A DNA stretch of 57,706 nt, filler included, from Sphacelaria rigidula (lineage: Eukaryota), in assembly GCA_964200075.2 (NCBI GenBank). It is 5 parts of 5 records of this genome, joined end to end, with 100 filler letters (N's around TTAATTAATTAA, not from the genome) between each part and the next. Parts side by side here need not be neighbours in the genome. Positions count along the whole stretch, not along the records: positions 23,125 to 34,585 come from CAXNAA020004897.1; positions 34,686 to 46,146 come from CAXNAA020004898.1; 3 more parts are not named here. One strand, given 5' to 3'. This document shows, one piece after another, positions 24,399 to 36,122 of this stretch; the first letter of the stretch is position 1, and the number at the start of each line of letters is the position of its first letter. The notes beneath the pieces were generated by a model. It made no database searches. It was not told where the DNA came from and was given only the letters and a program-made list of their open reading frames with translations. Made by a program: the position numbers and the translations under genes.

Positions 24399-26005
24399 CA
24401 CACGTCGGACAAGTCATTACTCGTCGAAACGAGTGCACTCGTGGATGTTTTTGAAAACACGACGAGCACGACTCATGTGCTCGGGTCATTACTTTTTTGT
24501 ACAACGAACAATGACTCGTGTGCTCGAGTCATTACTTATTTTTACAACGAGCAATGACCCGAGTGCTCGCCCTGTTAATTTTTTCCACAACGAGCAACGA
24601 CTCGAGTGCTCGCCCTATTAGTTTGTTTCCACAACGAGTAGTGACTCGAGTGCTCACCCCACTGACCCTTTTGCATGGAACCGACCCCCCACTAACACGA
24701 GGTTGACCACGTCTTCGTGAAATAATAAAAAGTAAGTCAGGGAGCGACCTTCCCAATCACGGCGAGGCGAAATTTATCGACCAGATCCGAACGACCAGCG
24801 CGGGGACTGTTGCCGAGTGTGACGTCACTGCAAAGATAGTGTGGGGACCCTATCCCCGGCCCAGATGAGCTTTCCCGGGTTTCTAAAGCCGGGGTGCTCG
24901 AAGCATGGCTTATCGTATTACTTGCACTCAGTATAGTGTTACCGAGGTTTCCCGGGAGTCTTTTTGGGGTCGCCAGCCTACACTAAAACGTAGTAATTAC
25001 ACCAACACAGAGTGGAGTGAGGAAACCGGGAAGGAGCGTACATGCCACAAAGTGGTCATTTTCACGAGGCACCAAACCCAGGTGGGCCATGGAAAGACAA
25101 AATAAGCTACCGTCAAGAATTATTCTGCTTATCTCTCTGCCGATGACTTGCAGAACACTGTGAACATGTATGTAGTGGGCGGGAATGAACAAGCTGTGTA
25201 TAGACAGCAGATCTCCGTCGCTGAAAACTGCCCAAAACGTGCAAGGGAGTATACAGCGGCAGCTGCTGCTGCAGTCGGAGAGGCGTACTGCACTTATTGT
25301 ACTATACTGTACTGTACTGCATGTATGTGCGCCGCAACGCCCATACCCTTCCAAGAGAATTTGTCTATTGCAACAAAGAGGAAAATGGCGGCCCAACCCG
25401 ACCGCGAAGGGCTGTGTGGCAAGGTGATGGGAACATCATTATCATCCAAGGCCACAAGTGGCGGGGGGACCGCCGGTCGCCGCATCCTGTTGAAAGCTCT
25501 CTACCGCGACCCATACTGCTTGCTACATCAGGTGTACACTACCTAATGTCCACCCTGCACCTGAAGATACATTGGATGAAACTTTAGGTCTTCCTCATAA
25601 CTCCGCGATTACATACGCGGATTTTCAGCAACATGCCACCGTTTCGTGCAGACGTCAGACACTTCATTCCTAACCAGCCTCACTGGTCGTTCTGGGGGCC
25701 CGGTCTCAAAGGGATCGATGTTTTTCCACAACGAGCAATGACTCGAGTGCTCGCCCTCTTCATTTTTTTTTACAACGAGCAATGACTCGAGTGCTCGCCC
25801 TATTCATTTTTCTCCACAACGAGCAATGACTCGAGTGCTCGCCCCATTATTTTTTTCCACAACGAGCAATGACTCGAGTGCTCGCTCTATTGTTTTTTTC
25901 CACGACGAGCAATGAATCGAGTGCTCGCTCGATTACTATTTTGCACAACGAGCAGTCCAACGAGTGCGAGTGCCACGAGTCACACTCGTGCTCGTCCGAC
26001 GTATG
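24399..26005. mobile_element. Non-autonomous TIR transposon with an 8-bp TSD (hAT- or P-like) and 43-44-bp tandem arrays
   Basis: TSD GAACCTTC at 24391-24398 and 26006-26013. TIR CACACGTCGGACAAG versus CATACGTCGGACGAG (13/15). Repeat arrays at 24459-24656 and 25728-25955. Confidence 0.8.
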
Positions 26006-26309
26006 GAACCTTCTTTCGAGTTTCCTTTTTAGCAAGTGCTTTCGTTACATTCACGTTGAGTAAATAAATCATACGTCGATCTTCTATCTAACGACCCACC
26101 ACGGCTAGATTCGTAGCGGATGACTCAACGTGCGACAAAAATATTCGTAGGTGATGATGACTACACGGCTACTACATCAGCACCAATCTGAGCGGATATT
26201 TCGGCTTCGAATCCCGACAGACAAGTGGGATGAGATGATCTGCTTCCCTTCGTCCGAGAACGTCAACACGGGAAGTTGAAGCAAACTCGTGCCATATAAG
26301 TCGAGGATA

Positions 26310-26630
26310 GCTAATCGGCGTTAGGCTACAAATGTCCATGGTTGACACAATTCTACAAGTATCGCTACCCCTAGCCCTAACCCCAACCCCAACCCCGACG
26401 TATACCGAGAGCCCTCGGGCAAGGGCGGCACATAGCGTTCCCTAGGCAAAGTACGGTCTTGGTCGACCCCAAACCATAGCCCCTGTGGCAACGATTTCAA
26501 CGAAAACGTGTTGTGCCCACGCGAGGAGCACAGGGGACCGTCAGAACTGCTAGAGATCCGATTTTCGTTGTACACACTCAAATCGAGTCATATCAACCGT
26601 GGATATTTGCAGCCCAACGCCGGTGAACTC
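26310..26630. mobile_element. MITE containing telomere-like hexamers
   Basis: TIR CGGCGTTAGGCTACAAATGTCCATGGTTGA versus TCAACCGTGGATATTTGCAGCCCAACGCCG, with a CCCTAG/CCCTAA/CCCCAA run at 26368-26399. Confidence 0.7.
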
Positions 26631-26699
26631 TACCGTAAACGTCGATGGACTGCGGGAGTGCTAATCCAAGTGCTCCATATCAAGGTGCTCTCAGGCGAG

Positions 26700-27075
26700 T
26701 ACCATGTTGGGGGCAGGGGGAGGGGGGGATACACATGAATATGCATGCCGGGGTCAGGAGTCCATTGACCACGTATCCCTTTCGAGACAGAGCCTTTCCC
26801 ACTCCTAGCAGGGACACACCCAAGATGTGGGCACTGATTGCGTTTTTTCCGATCATTAAACAAGAGCATTCTACAAATATTATCCCCTCCATGTTCCGCC
26901 GTCTGTAACCTCCATGAATGTTTTATCATGGCGATCGTTTTCTCACTGCTACCTACTGCACCACACGATTCCATGCCACGGTTCTTCGAGTTCCCTCGTG
27001 TCCTCCTCTAACATGCCCCGTTCCTCCTCGTATAGTCCACGTTCTCTCACTTTTATGAGGTCTACTTCCTTACGC
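26700..27075 (-). mobile_element. LINE ORF2 C-terminus fragment followed by a poly-C tract
   Basis: Decayed LYEEERGMLEEDTREL...SSEKTIAMI...SRKGYVVNG. The same terminus is seen at 24085-24181 (+) and 46070-46146 (-). Confidence 0.7.
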
Positions 27076-29695
27076 TTAGCCGCTAGGAGAGGGCGGAGGG
27101 GCGGGGGGCATGACGCGCTGATCCTTGGAGGCTACGCATTCTTTCTGAGAGAAGCAGGGGAACGGGGGAACTTGAGGACGGCGAAGGATGAATATGCAAG
27201 CACAGAGCCACAGCTCCCGCTCATGCTAACAAAACTTTCTGGCAAATTTGTTTTCAAACGGTTTGTCTTCAATCCGCACCCTTTCTTTTCCCTCGTCATA
27301 CTCTTATCCCCTGCCGCACCACTTCCTCCTCTCTCTTCCTCTTCCTCGAGGCCGGTCCGCAGTCTCAAGAAATTAATCAACCATCTTTTCCCGGTACGAT
27401 GATTGCCTGACGTTTCGATACACACAACGCCGATTCGATCAGCCAACTCCCTCATCACGTCGACTTTTGCCATTTGCCTTCTGCTGCTTACGCTCTAACA
27501 TCTTCAATGTCGCAAATCGGATGCTCTGGGGAACAAAACAGTAGAGAGAAACACCTACGCTGGGAATCAAACCCTCTACTCTGTCCTGACTGTTTTTAAT
27601 ATGTACCATTTAATTCAGGCTCCCGGGTGCGGTCGCAACTATGTGTTTCATTGTGCAGCCGTTACAGTTTCTCATCGGCGAACATTTTTTTGCAGTGGAA
27701 TATGACCGCGAAAACAAGATTAAAAGGGAGACTCGCGATTGGGGAAGATTTTTATACGCAAAGGGACAAGTTGATGGATAGCCTTGCAAGCGCCATGCTG
27801 GAAAAGGGCTTGCAGCTACCATGTCATGTTTCTTACATGGTTACAGTGGTCAGTGAGTCCACGTTTTGACTTCCTGGGAATGTTCAACACAATCAGAATG
27901 GTGTATTGAAACGAAGTACTAATTCAAGCGTGAATTGATGCTTAATAGACAGCTTCTTCATCACACCACTCACCATCTCCTGCGTTTTTCAGAGAGGACG
28001 AGAGAGGGGGGGAGTTCTATCTGAGCGTCTCCACTCCCCCGGGAAGACGGACTACTATTTTACGCAACTGAATCTGTCCGTAATGTATTTTTTAATACAT
28101 CACTTATTTGTCGCCCTTTGAACCCCTCCCCTTCCTCGGGGCGAGTCCGTGGTCTCAAGAAATCAACCCATCTCCCCCCTGTACGTAATGTTCGCAGGAT
28201 ATTCAACGACTGAACCAATCCTTTGTTTGTTTCGTTTTTTCTCTATCCCTTCTCCCTGCGATTTTGATCGTTTTTTACTATCCTTCTTTTTTTGGTTCTC
28301 AGCCTACTCTGTTCCAATTTTTTTTTTCGTTCACTTTCCATCAACGAGTGTTTCCTTTTTCTCGTATCTCGGGATCAGTTCTAATGGGCCACAATCAATC
28401 AGTCAATCAAATCAAACAAACCCGCCAACGCTCAAGACGAATCAAGGCGGGTTATCACGGTGGGAGTTTGTGGTTGGTACTTTCGTTATTTCAGCGGGCA
28501 GTTTGTCGACGTCTGTCAACACATCTCTTGCTGCTTCATTCCTGTCACTATTTCTGTCAATCTGAGAGCATGATCACCCATGTAAAGGATTTCTTGCCGT
28601 ACTCGTTGCTCAACCGTGTGCTGCTCTTCGTTTGTCCACCAAGCAACCTGAACCATGAAGTCACCAAACCTGGATATCTTTTTCATTATTTTTCATTCAA
28701 TTCGAGCGTTTTCATCGCCTCCAGATATATATATATATACACATGTCACTGTCACGGCTCATAGCCAAAATAGTGCGGCCAGAACAGATGAGCCGCGATG
28801 CGTTCTCGGGCGGTTTCTTGTTTTCGTTGGAGTATACAAGTGCAGATATGATTTTGGAGTCATGTCACGATAGGGGAGGGGGGGGGGGGGGGGGGGGGTG
28901 AGGTTGGGTGGTTTTCTTCCACGAAATTTAAAAAACAAACGCACGTAAAAAAACCAAACGTCATTAGAAGGCGCTTGNNNNNNNNNNTGTGGGGGGGTGG
29001 GGTATTGGGGGGGGTGCGGGGACGCCGGCGGGGCCGGGGCGGGCGTGGTTGGGGCGTAGTTTGGGTCGCTTTCTTCCACGAAATTCTACTGACAATCGTC
29101 GTTAATAGCAGCAACGGTACTTCGAACGCGCTTGCTTCGGATTTATAACGCTCATTCATATTATTTGACATCGCTTTTACCCAAATACAAGCGTACCGTG
29201 GGTGTGTAGCGTCGTCTAACGCACCTACAAGCCCATTTTTTTGTGGAATCGCCCCCCCCCCCCCTATCGTAGCATGACTCTGAAAAACCTCTTCATCCAC
29301 CTGAGGCCATGTTGCAGAGGTTCGGTCATTTTCTACTTTTCTCTTGTTTCGTTCTATTCTCTCCGTCTGTTTGTTTGTTCATTTTCATTTACCTTTCTGT
29401 TTCGTCCACTTTTCTTCAGCGACTATTTCCGTCTTGTTTCATCTCGAAGCACGTCTATCATGTGGACGATGGCCACGACTAACTCTCGGGAGGGAGATCA
29501 GTTGACGTACGAAAACCAACTACACTCCTTCACTTGGCTTCTCGTTTGTTTTCTCAGCAGGCAATGGATTCACGAGCTCGAATCGGCACTATCTGGATTC
29601 GCTTCTTGTGTTTGTTTCTACTATTGATCGCCGAAGGGGAGGGGGGGGGGGAGCGAGTGATTTCAGCGTTTCCACAAAGGGTATCTTTCTCGCAC

Positions 29696-32600
29696 CTGTC
29701 GCTATGGCCAATGACTGGAGGCGGTGGAAGCGATTCCTCCGACGAAGCACACAAGCCTTCCAGCCTTACAGAAACCTCCACGAAAAACTTGAAGAGGAAT
29801 GAAGGAGGTAGCGCCCGCCGATACTCGCACTGTCCACCTGTATATTTCAAACATTCCAAGCAAAAAAAAGCTCCAATTTCTGTCGAAACATGCCGTCAGA
29901 TGGACCGTAGGTAGACCACTGGAAAAACGTGAAAACCGCCTCCGTTGGTCGAGAGTATCTGCACCATTACGTTACCCATTACTTATGCACCAGGGTGTGT
30001 TAAATATCACCCCCTACTATCTAACAACACCCCCAGGCCATGACGTTTCGGGCCCCAAAACCTCATCACCGTGGATCGTATAGATCATAATCCACTGTGC
30101 CTGGAACGTCCTCAGGGAGAGGAAGATCTTCGGCGAGCGTTTCGTATGCTCCTGCCATCACCTCCGCGCTCCACTCCTTGCCCACGAGGTATGCCTGTTC
30201 GACACCAGGTCATCATCCATACATCCAGAGCCAGGATTCTTAGTAGTGTAAAAATATACAGAATGCTCTGTCCGGAATAGATTAAGGTGATAATGTTAGT
30301 ATCCGGAAGTATCAACGATGAATGCCGGAGAAGCATGTAGATTGTTGCACTACCTTAACTAATCCCCGAGGGACCCAGTCATGGTCATTATCCACAAGAT
30401 AGGCGTACCGAAGGTAAGCAAAACGGAAAAGCTCGATAAAGATGAAACAAAGTAGGGGGAAAAATAAAAAAAAGATACAGCAAACAAATAAAGTTGACTG
30501 AAAAGCAGCAAAAGCAGACAAGAGCAAAAACGAAAACGAAAACGAAACAAAACCAAGCAGGAATGGAAAGGGAAGGGAAAGAGAATGAAAGGGACGGAGA
30601 GCTAGGAGATTTATCATACTGTAATGTAAATGACGTACACAATGCAAACAACGCAAATAATGTAAATAATGCAAGCATTACGTGAGTGACGAAAATAATG
30701 CAAATAATGCAAATAGTGCAGATCATGTGAGTAATATAAATGATGAAAATAATGTACATCCATGCATTTCTACCGTACGTGTGAAAGCAAATTGCTCCCA
30801 AATGTCTTTGTGTCGTCATCATTTGCACTTTGTGGTCATGTATCCATGGACGGGCTGACTGATTGGCTGATTTATCATACATCGATTAACTGATCCGCGA
30901 CGAATCAGGTCGTGGTCATTAGATACAAGATGGACATACGTGCAGTTTGTTCATCGCTGTGCTTTTGTGACATGGTATTTCTCGCTCTCTTCAGTTGCTC
31001 ACTCCGTTTCTCTGTTCCTTCTCTCTTTGTTGAAATCCTTCCCTCGTCGTCGGGTTTCCTCTAACGTTTCGAGCACTTCCGTTTTGCCTTTACTTTCGTG
31101 TACTATACATATCTCTTGTCGTCCCATTTATTCTGGACAACCCACACCTTTCGGTATATGTGGGCGCACCAGCCGGGGCCACACAGGAGGAAGGGCAACA
31201 CAGGAGCTTTTCTTTTATATTTTCCTTTCAATTCTCCATTTTCCTTCTGTGGTGCTTGCCTCTGTTTTTCATCGCGAGAGGAGTTCAGCAGCCCCTTCCC
31301 CTCGTCGATCATCGAGTCGAATTTTGTGTACCCACGACATATTCGCTCTCCACTGTTGCGCGTGGTGTGAGAAAAAATCCCAGATCGCTCCGAGATTTGA
31401 AACCACGGCCAAACCGTCAGAAGGTTTCGAGGTTACCAACTGAGCCACCGGGGCGACCAGAGTAATGTGGGACGAGCAATCAATCAATGCATCGAATGAG
31501 AGGGGGTGGGCATTGTCATTGCTCCACGTCTGCTCAGCCGCATCTTGCTCGCTGTCGTGCGTGGGTCTCCGCCGTTGTAAGCGCTGAGGTATATTGCACA
31601 CCCTGGACATCGACAAAAGAGTGAGTTGTGAAAACGTATACTGCGTACAGTATCCAACCTATTTTATACATATTGCAAGAGACAAACAATAGTCGATACT
31701 TTACGCAGTACACTTCCTCGGCGATTGTAATATACTGTCCAAGGTGTGGTGTACTGTGCGAGTACATCGGTACCTTCAAATGAAGTACTGCAGTAGCATA
31801 GAGTAGTCTCCCACTGCAACTATCCCCAGGGTCGCGGACCCATCATGAGTCGTCGGAAAATATCGTGAAACCAGCATGATTGATTCGTACCGCATGAAGA
31901 AAATTACTTGAATCTAGCGTAATTAATTCGTACCATGTCAATCCTTGGGCTTTGTTCAGAGTTACACCCCCAGGTGTGCGCACGCCAGGCACGTGGTAAA
32001 ACGCAAAAAATGCTGAACACGTTTTGAACCTGCGACCAACGTTTTAGGCCTCAGAAATTATCGTAGATTTGGTCATTCGAACCAGCGATGATTTGTTATT
32101 ATTTTGGACAGCTCAGTTCACGGCATGCTGACGGCACAGCAAAAGCAAGCAAAGTATCTGAAAGGCACGCACAATTGGTTTGCGACATGACAAGCACCTG
32201 AACTTCACCTACGATGCGCCCGATTCAGTCGATCGACCCCCAGGATTCTTCGATGTGAGTGTACACTGACTAGATAGAAGCATTCTGTGCCGTATAAATC
32301 ACATACACCGCTGGAGCATCCAGCATGTAGTAGTTCGTATCAACCGATTAAGTCGAGGGGAATAGACAAGATGGGGTATACCCCCTCGCGATCTTAGGGA
32401 CAAAATGGGGGGTGGTACATTTTTCGGTGCGGGGCGCAGTGCTGCAAGTCGGCTGGGCACACCTCCACAACGTGTCCCAGCGCCCCAGCCCCACGCCAAA
32501 GGTGCTTCGGCAATATGTCGTGTTCAGAGGTGCACAACCTGCGTGCAGCGCTGTGCCCCGCACCGAAACGTGTGACACCCCCATTTTTTCCCGTGAAAGC

Positions 32601-33724
32601 ACCTGAGGGTATACCCCTGTTTCATCCATTTCCTTGAATTCGAGTGCTTGTCGGACATTCAATTGATCCGCGACGAGTTCATCTGTGTGGTCATGAGATA
32701 TTAGACATCCCCAAGGCAAAGCAAATAAACGGGAACATTCACAAAACATTCGCAAAACATTCGCAGAAAGAACCTCGAAAGGGGGGAAAGATGACAGGAA
32801 AATGATGCCACTTAGTGACAAGTACACGACGTATATATATATATATATATATATATTCATACATGTCTACATATATATATACACACACATGGATGGCCGA
32901 CCCTACATTATGATCAGTCGACTACGTGCGCGTGGGACCCACTCTCCAACGCCCGGGCACACATGGCACACGATGACCACACCCACCGCAGCCTTCGGCA
33001 CAGCAATCGTAGTCTCCCCCATAGAGGTAAAGGTACACGAATTAGGTAAAGCAGTAGACACGAAGAACACAATACACACCTCCGTCTTTGGCATAGCATC
33101 CATGAGACTCTGCCGAAAGGGTATCGTACACACGAATTAAACTAACGCAACGCGCGGGGGGAAAGCACGACCTCGTAAAAAAAGGTACAAAAAGAAGGAT
33201 GCACATATCAGACACCTACACATATCTCAGCCTACGGTACAGCCAACCGTACCGCTGTGGGTGCACCGACAAGGTACATGAATAACCCAACATATCATAC
33301 AACCAGAAACCCCCACAGTAGACCAAAAGGGTACACTAACGGACACAGACGCAACCACTCCACTGAAGAGGTACGATAAAGACCCAACAAGCCACACGAG
33401 AACATAACCCTACACGGAAACGGAACGCAAAAAAAGTACAAAAAGGGACACATACATGCACCTACACGCACCTCGGTCTTCGGCGCAGCAACCGTAGTCG
33501 CGGCCATACCCCCGAAGCACAGGTCAGCTTCCACCACGACCCACTTCCCCTCTTCCATCTGGGGCTCGAGTCTGACACGCATACCAGAGGTAACGATAGA
33601 GATGTCGTCCTCTCTACGACGAGCTTGCTTGTACGGCCGAACGAACTCGAACGGCCGGGGTCGGGGGTTCGGCAAGAATACCCCCACGATAACTTCGTCA
33701 GATTCCATTGCCACTTTGCGGTAG
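29696..33724 (-). CDS. XDH: Xanthine dehydrogenase/oxidase, internal exons (end of the FAD domain and linker)
   Basis: Exons 33472-33724 (YRKV...PYKQARRREDDISIVTSGMRV...FGGMAATTVAAPKTE), 30101-30194 (AYLVGKEWS...LAEDLPLPEDVPG) and 29696-29837 (GQCEYRRALPPSFLFKFF). Motifs are hallmark XDH/AOX and phases are consistent. Confidence 0.9.
30620..30765. repeat. Degenerate 9-bp minisatellite (AATGCAAAT)
   Basis: Repeated AATGCAAAT/AATGTAAAT units within an XDH intron. Confidence 0.65.
31105..31458 (-). mobile_element. tRNA-derived SINE, family A
   Basis: Reverse complement begins GGTCGCCCCGGTGGCTCAGTTGGTAACCTCG and aligns with 34980-35260 through to AGAATAAATGGGACGACAA. Confidence 0.85.
32373..32617. 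mobile_element. MITE with long imperfect TIRs
   Basis: GGGGTATACCC...TTTCGGTGCGGGGCGCAGTGCTGCA is mirrored by TGCAGCGCTGTGCCCCGCACCGAAA...GGGTATACCCC. Confidence 0.72.
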
Positions 33725-34585
33725 CTGTGGCACGAGGCATGGCGATTCCGGTACATATTGAAAAGTCGGGGGCGGTGTGGAGCAGGGCAAGGAAAGGCAG
33801 TTGTGTAAGGGTTATGAAGTTGATCTTGCACACTTCAGCCCTACTCCTTCCTCGGGACAAGTCAGTCATTTGCCTCATGGGGTCAATCATCCTATCTCTC
33901 CCCCTGCGCACGCCTTGCAATTTGGTTTGTATACTCAGAATTAGATTATGACCATCAGCACTCTCACATCGTGTCGAGTCTCCTTCAATGAAGTATTTGT
34001 ACTACTCAAGTTAGCACGTTTCTAACGACGGAAAACAGTTAGATATCTACATCAACGATGGAAAATAATTCAATCCTTACCTTAAACAAACCCAACTGCG
34101 TCTGACGAAAATCGAACCTGTAATTTCCCGACCGAATGATTTCAGTTGCACCGTACACGATCGACCGGCAGCTGGAGCTTGTTACATTGACACTATCAAT
34201 CTTGCTACAATATGGTAACCTAACCATCACTCTTGTGTGCCACCCTCTGTGTCACGTAACTACTATAAAAAATAATATTCAGTTTTCTTTTTACCGCGTA
34301 AGGAAGGGGAAATACTTCGATGTAATATTTTGTTGAGTATATATGCACGTTCACGTCAGCTTGTTCTCACACGAGCTCTACAGAAGCATGACTTTACCAA
34401 CGACCTTCCTTCACGAGGCCGTAATTTGTACCCTGATTCGAACTCAATGTGTTCGCACTTGCCTGCCCCTTACGCCGTAAGAGACGGGGGGTGTACTCGT
34501 GATCATGCATGCCATAGTCATAAGACCATTGACCTCGCATCGCTACGGAGCCGGGACGGAGCACGCCGGGTGTTCGCCGGGCCAG

Positions 34586-34685
34586 NNNNNNNNNNNNNNN
34601 NNNNNNNNNNNNNNNNNNNNNNNNNNNNNTTAATTAATTAANNNNNNNNNNNNNNNNNNNNNNNNNNNNNNNNNNNNNNNNNNNN
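34586..34685. other. Artificial contig-joining spacer
   Basis: N44-TTAATTAATTAA(34630-34641)-N44. Confidence 0.97.
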
Positions 34686-34754
34686 AAGATTTTAATCCTC
34701 CGGGTTCTCATCCTCAATCAAAAGCACCATCCTCAACATAGATGATTGGCTGTT

Positions 34755-34931
34755 TATGGACAATGCACAGAGCATAATGAAAAATCGGGAAGAAGCAGCC
34801 GAAGTTTTTTTTTTTGTCGTGAGTTAAGGGCAATAATCAGTTTTCAGGTTTCAGCAAAACGCCCTTAACTCACGAAAAAAAAATCGGGTGCTTCTTCCCG
34901 ATTTTTTATTATGCTCTGTGCATTATCCATA
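34755..34931. mobile_element. Foldback MITE or hairpin with TA flanks
   Basis: Arms of about 70 bp (TGGACAATGCACAGAGCATAAT...CGTGAGTTAAGGGC and its reverse complement) around a loop of about 30 nt. Confidence 0.75.
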
Positions 34932-34979
34932 CCAAATTTGAGGGTGTAAGTCCAGGGGATATTGGCCGACGCATGAAGC

Positions 34980-35260
34980 GGTCGCCGCGGTGGCTCAGTT
35001 GGTAACCTCGTAACCTTCTGATGGTTGAGTTGTGGGGTTCGATTCCGCGAGCGATTTGGCGTTTAGTTCTTTTCATCCCATGCTCAACAGTGGAGAGCGA
35101 CTATGTCGTGGGTACCCAAAATTCGACTTGACGGTCGACGAGGGAAAGGGACTGCTGAACCCCTCTCGCGATAAAAAATANNNNNNNNNNACATATCCCG
35201 AAAGGGGTAGACTGGCGCCCAGAATAAATGGGACGACAACACAACACACAACACATACAT
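34980..35260 (+). mobile_element. tRNA-derived SINE, family A
   Basis: A box TGGCTCAGTTGG, B box GGTTCGATTCC, a non-tRNA body and an (ACA)-rich tail. A homologous copy lies at 31105-31458 (-). Confidence 0.85.
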
Positions 35261-36122
35261 CCGCCTGCAAACTTCCATGCAGCCTCGAGGCTGGCCCAGC
35301 TCGTATCGTTATGTTGTGATGGCATGTTGATATTATATCGAGGCGGTTGTAGCTTCAACTATTTCATATACACCAGCCAACGATAGAAACGTGCGATCGC
35401 GGTACCCAATGTTGCATGACTACTACAGAGTATAAAGCGATGGCAGCGTTCGAGAATATATTGTTGTCTTGTGCTCCACGATGAACGGCACCTGAATTCC
35501 GGACTTCACCGGTCGACCGCAGGTAGAGCGATGATATCTGTCTAGTGTGATAATGTATGGATTTCCCGCACCCTCTGTCATCATCTAGGGCCATCATCCT
35601 ATCCCGTGGAGCCATTTTTCCGCACCCCCTTTCCACCTAACAGGCCCTCATCTTTGACGTGCCTTGAAGTATCAAGCACAGGATTTAGATTTAACGCAAC
35701 GTCACATAGTTTTTCGAGACAGAACTTGTTCAACGGGCGCCGGCGCAATAGGGAGCTAGGAAGGAGCACATATATGCCATAAAGCGGAAAGTCTGCGCCT
35801 CTGTTTTCCCCTTGTTGAAGACGAAGACATTGAATTCTTGCTACCGATCAAGTAACGACGGCGAGGGGCAACGCGAATTGCTCGTACGGCACCACGAGGC
35901 ACGAGCGATTTACTGCGCAGTCTATACATCCTTGCTGCGGATTACTCCAGCTTTTCCTGTAGGAAGCTTGCGTATCACCGTGCGTTGCGAAAACGGGATA
36001 TACGTCAACTACGCCACTCGAGGTTTAGATAGACCTGCTTGCATCTATAGCTACTTGTTGTACAGTAGGACACAGCTGCGGTACAGTACAGTGTGCAACA
36101 GACAGTACAACCTGAACGGACA

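Noticed and set aside
24459..25955. CRISPR array (palindromic 26-nt repeats with spacers)
   Set aside because: Linkers are only 17-18 nt, T-rich and similar to each other. There are no cas genes, the context is eukaryotic, and the arrays are enclosed by TIRs and a TSD.
34980..35050. Genuine tRNA genes at 34980, 31458, 51864 and about 23500
   Set aside because: A and/or B boxes are present but there is no closing acceptor stem, and each continues into a shared repeat body, which marks them as SINE heads.
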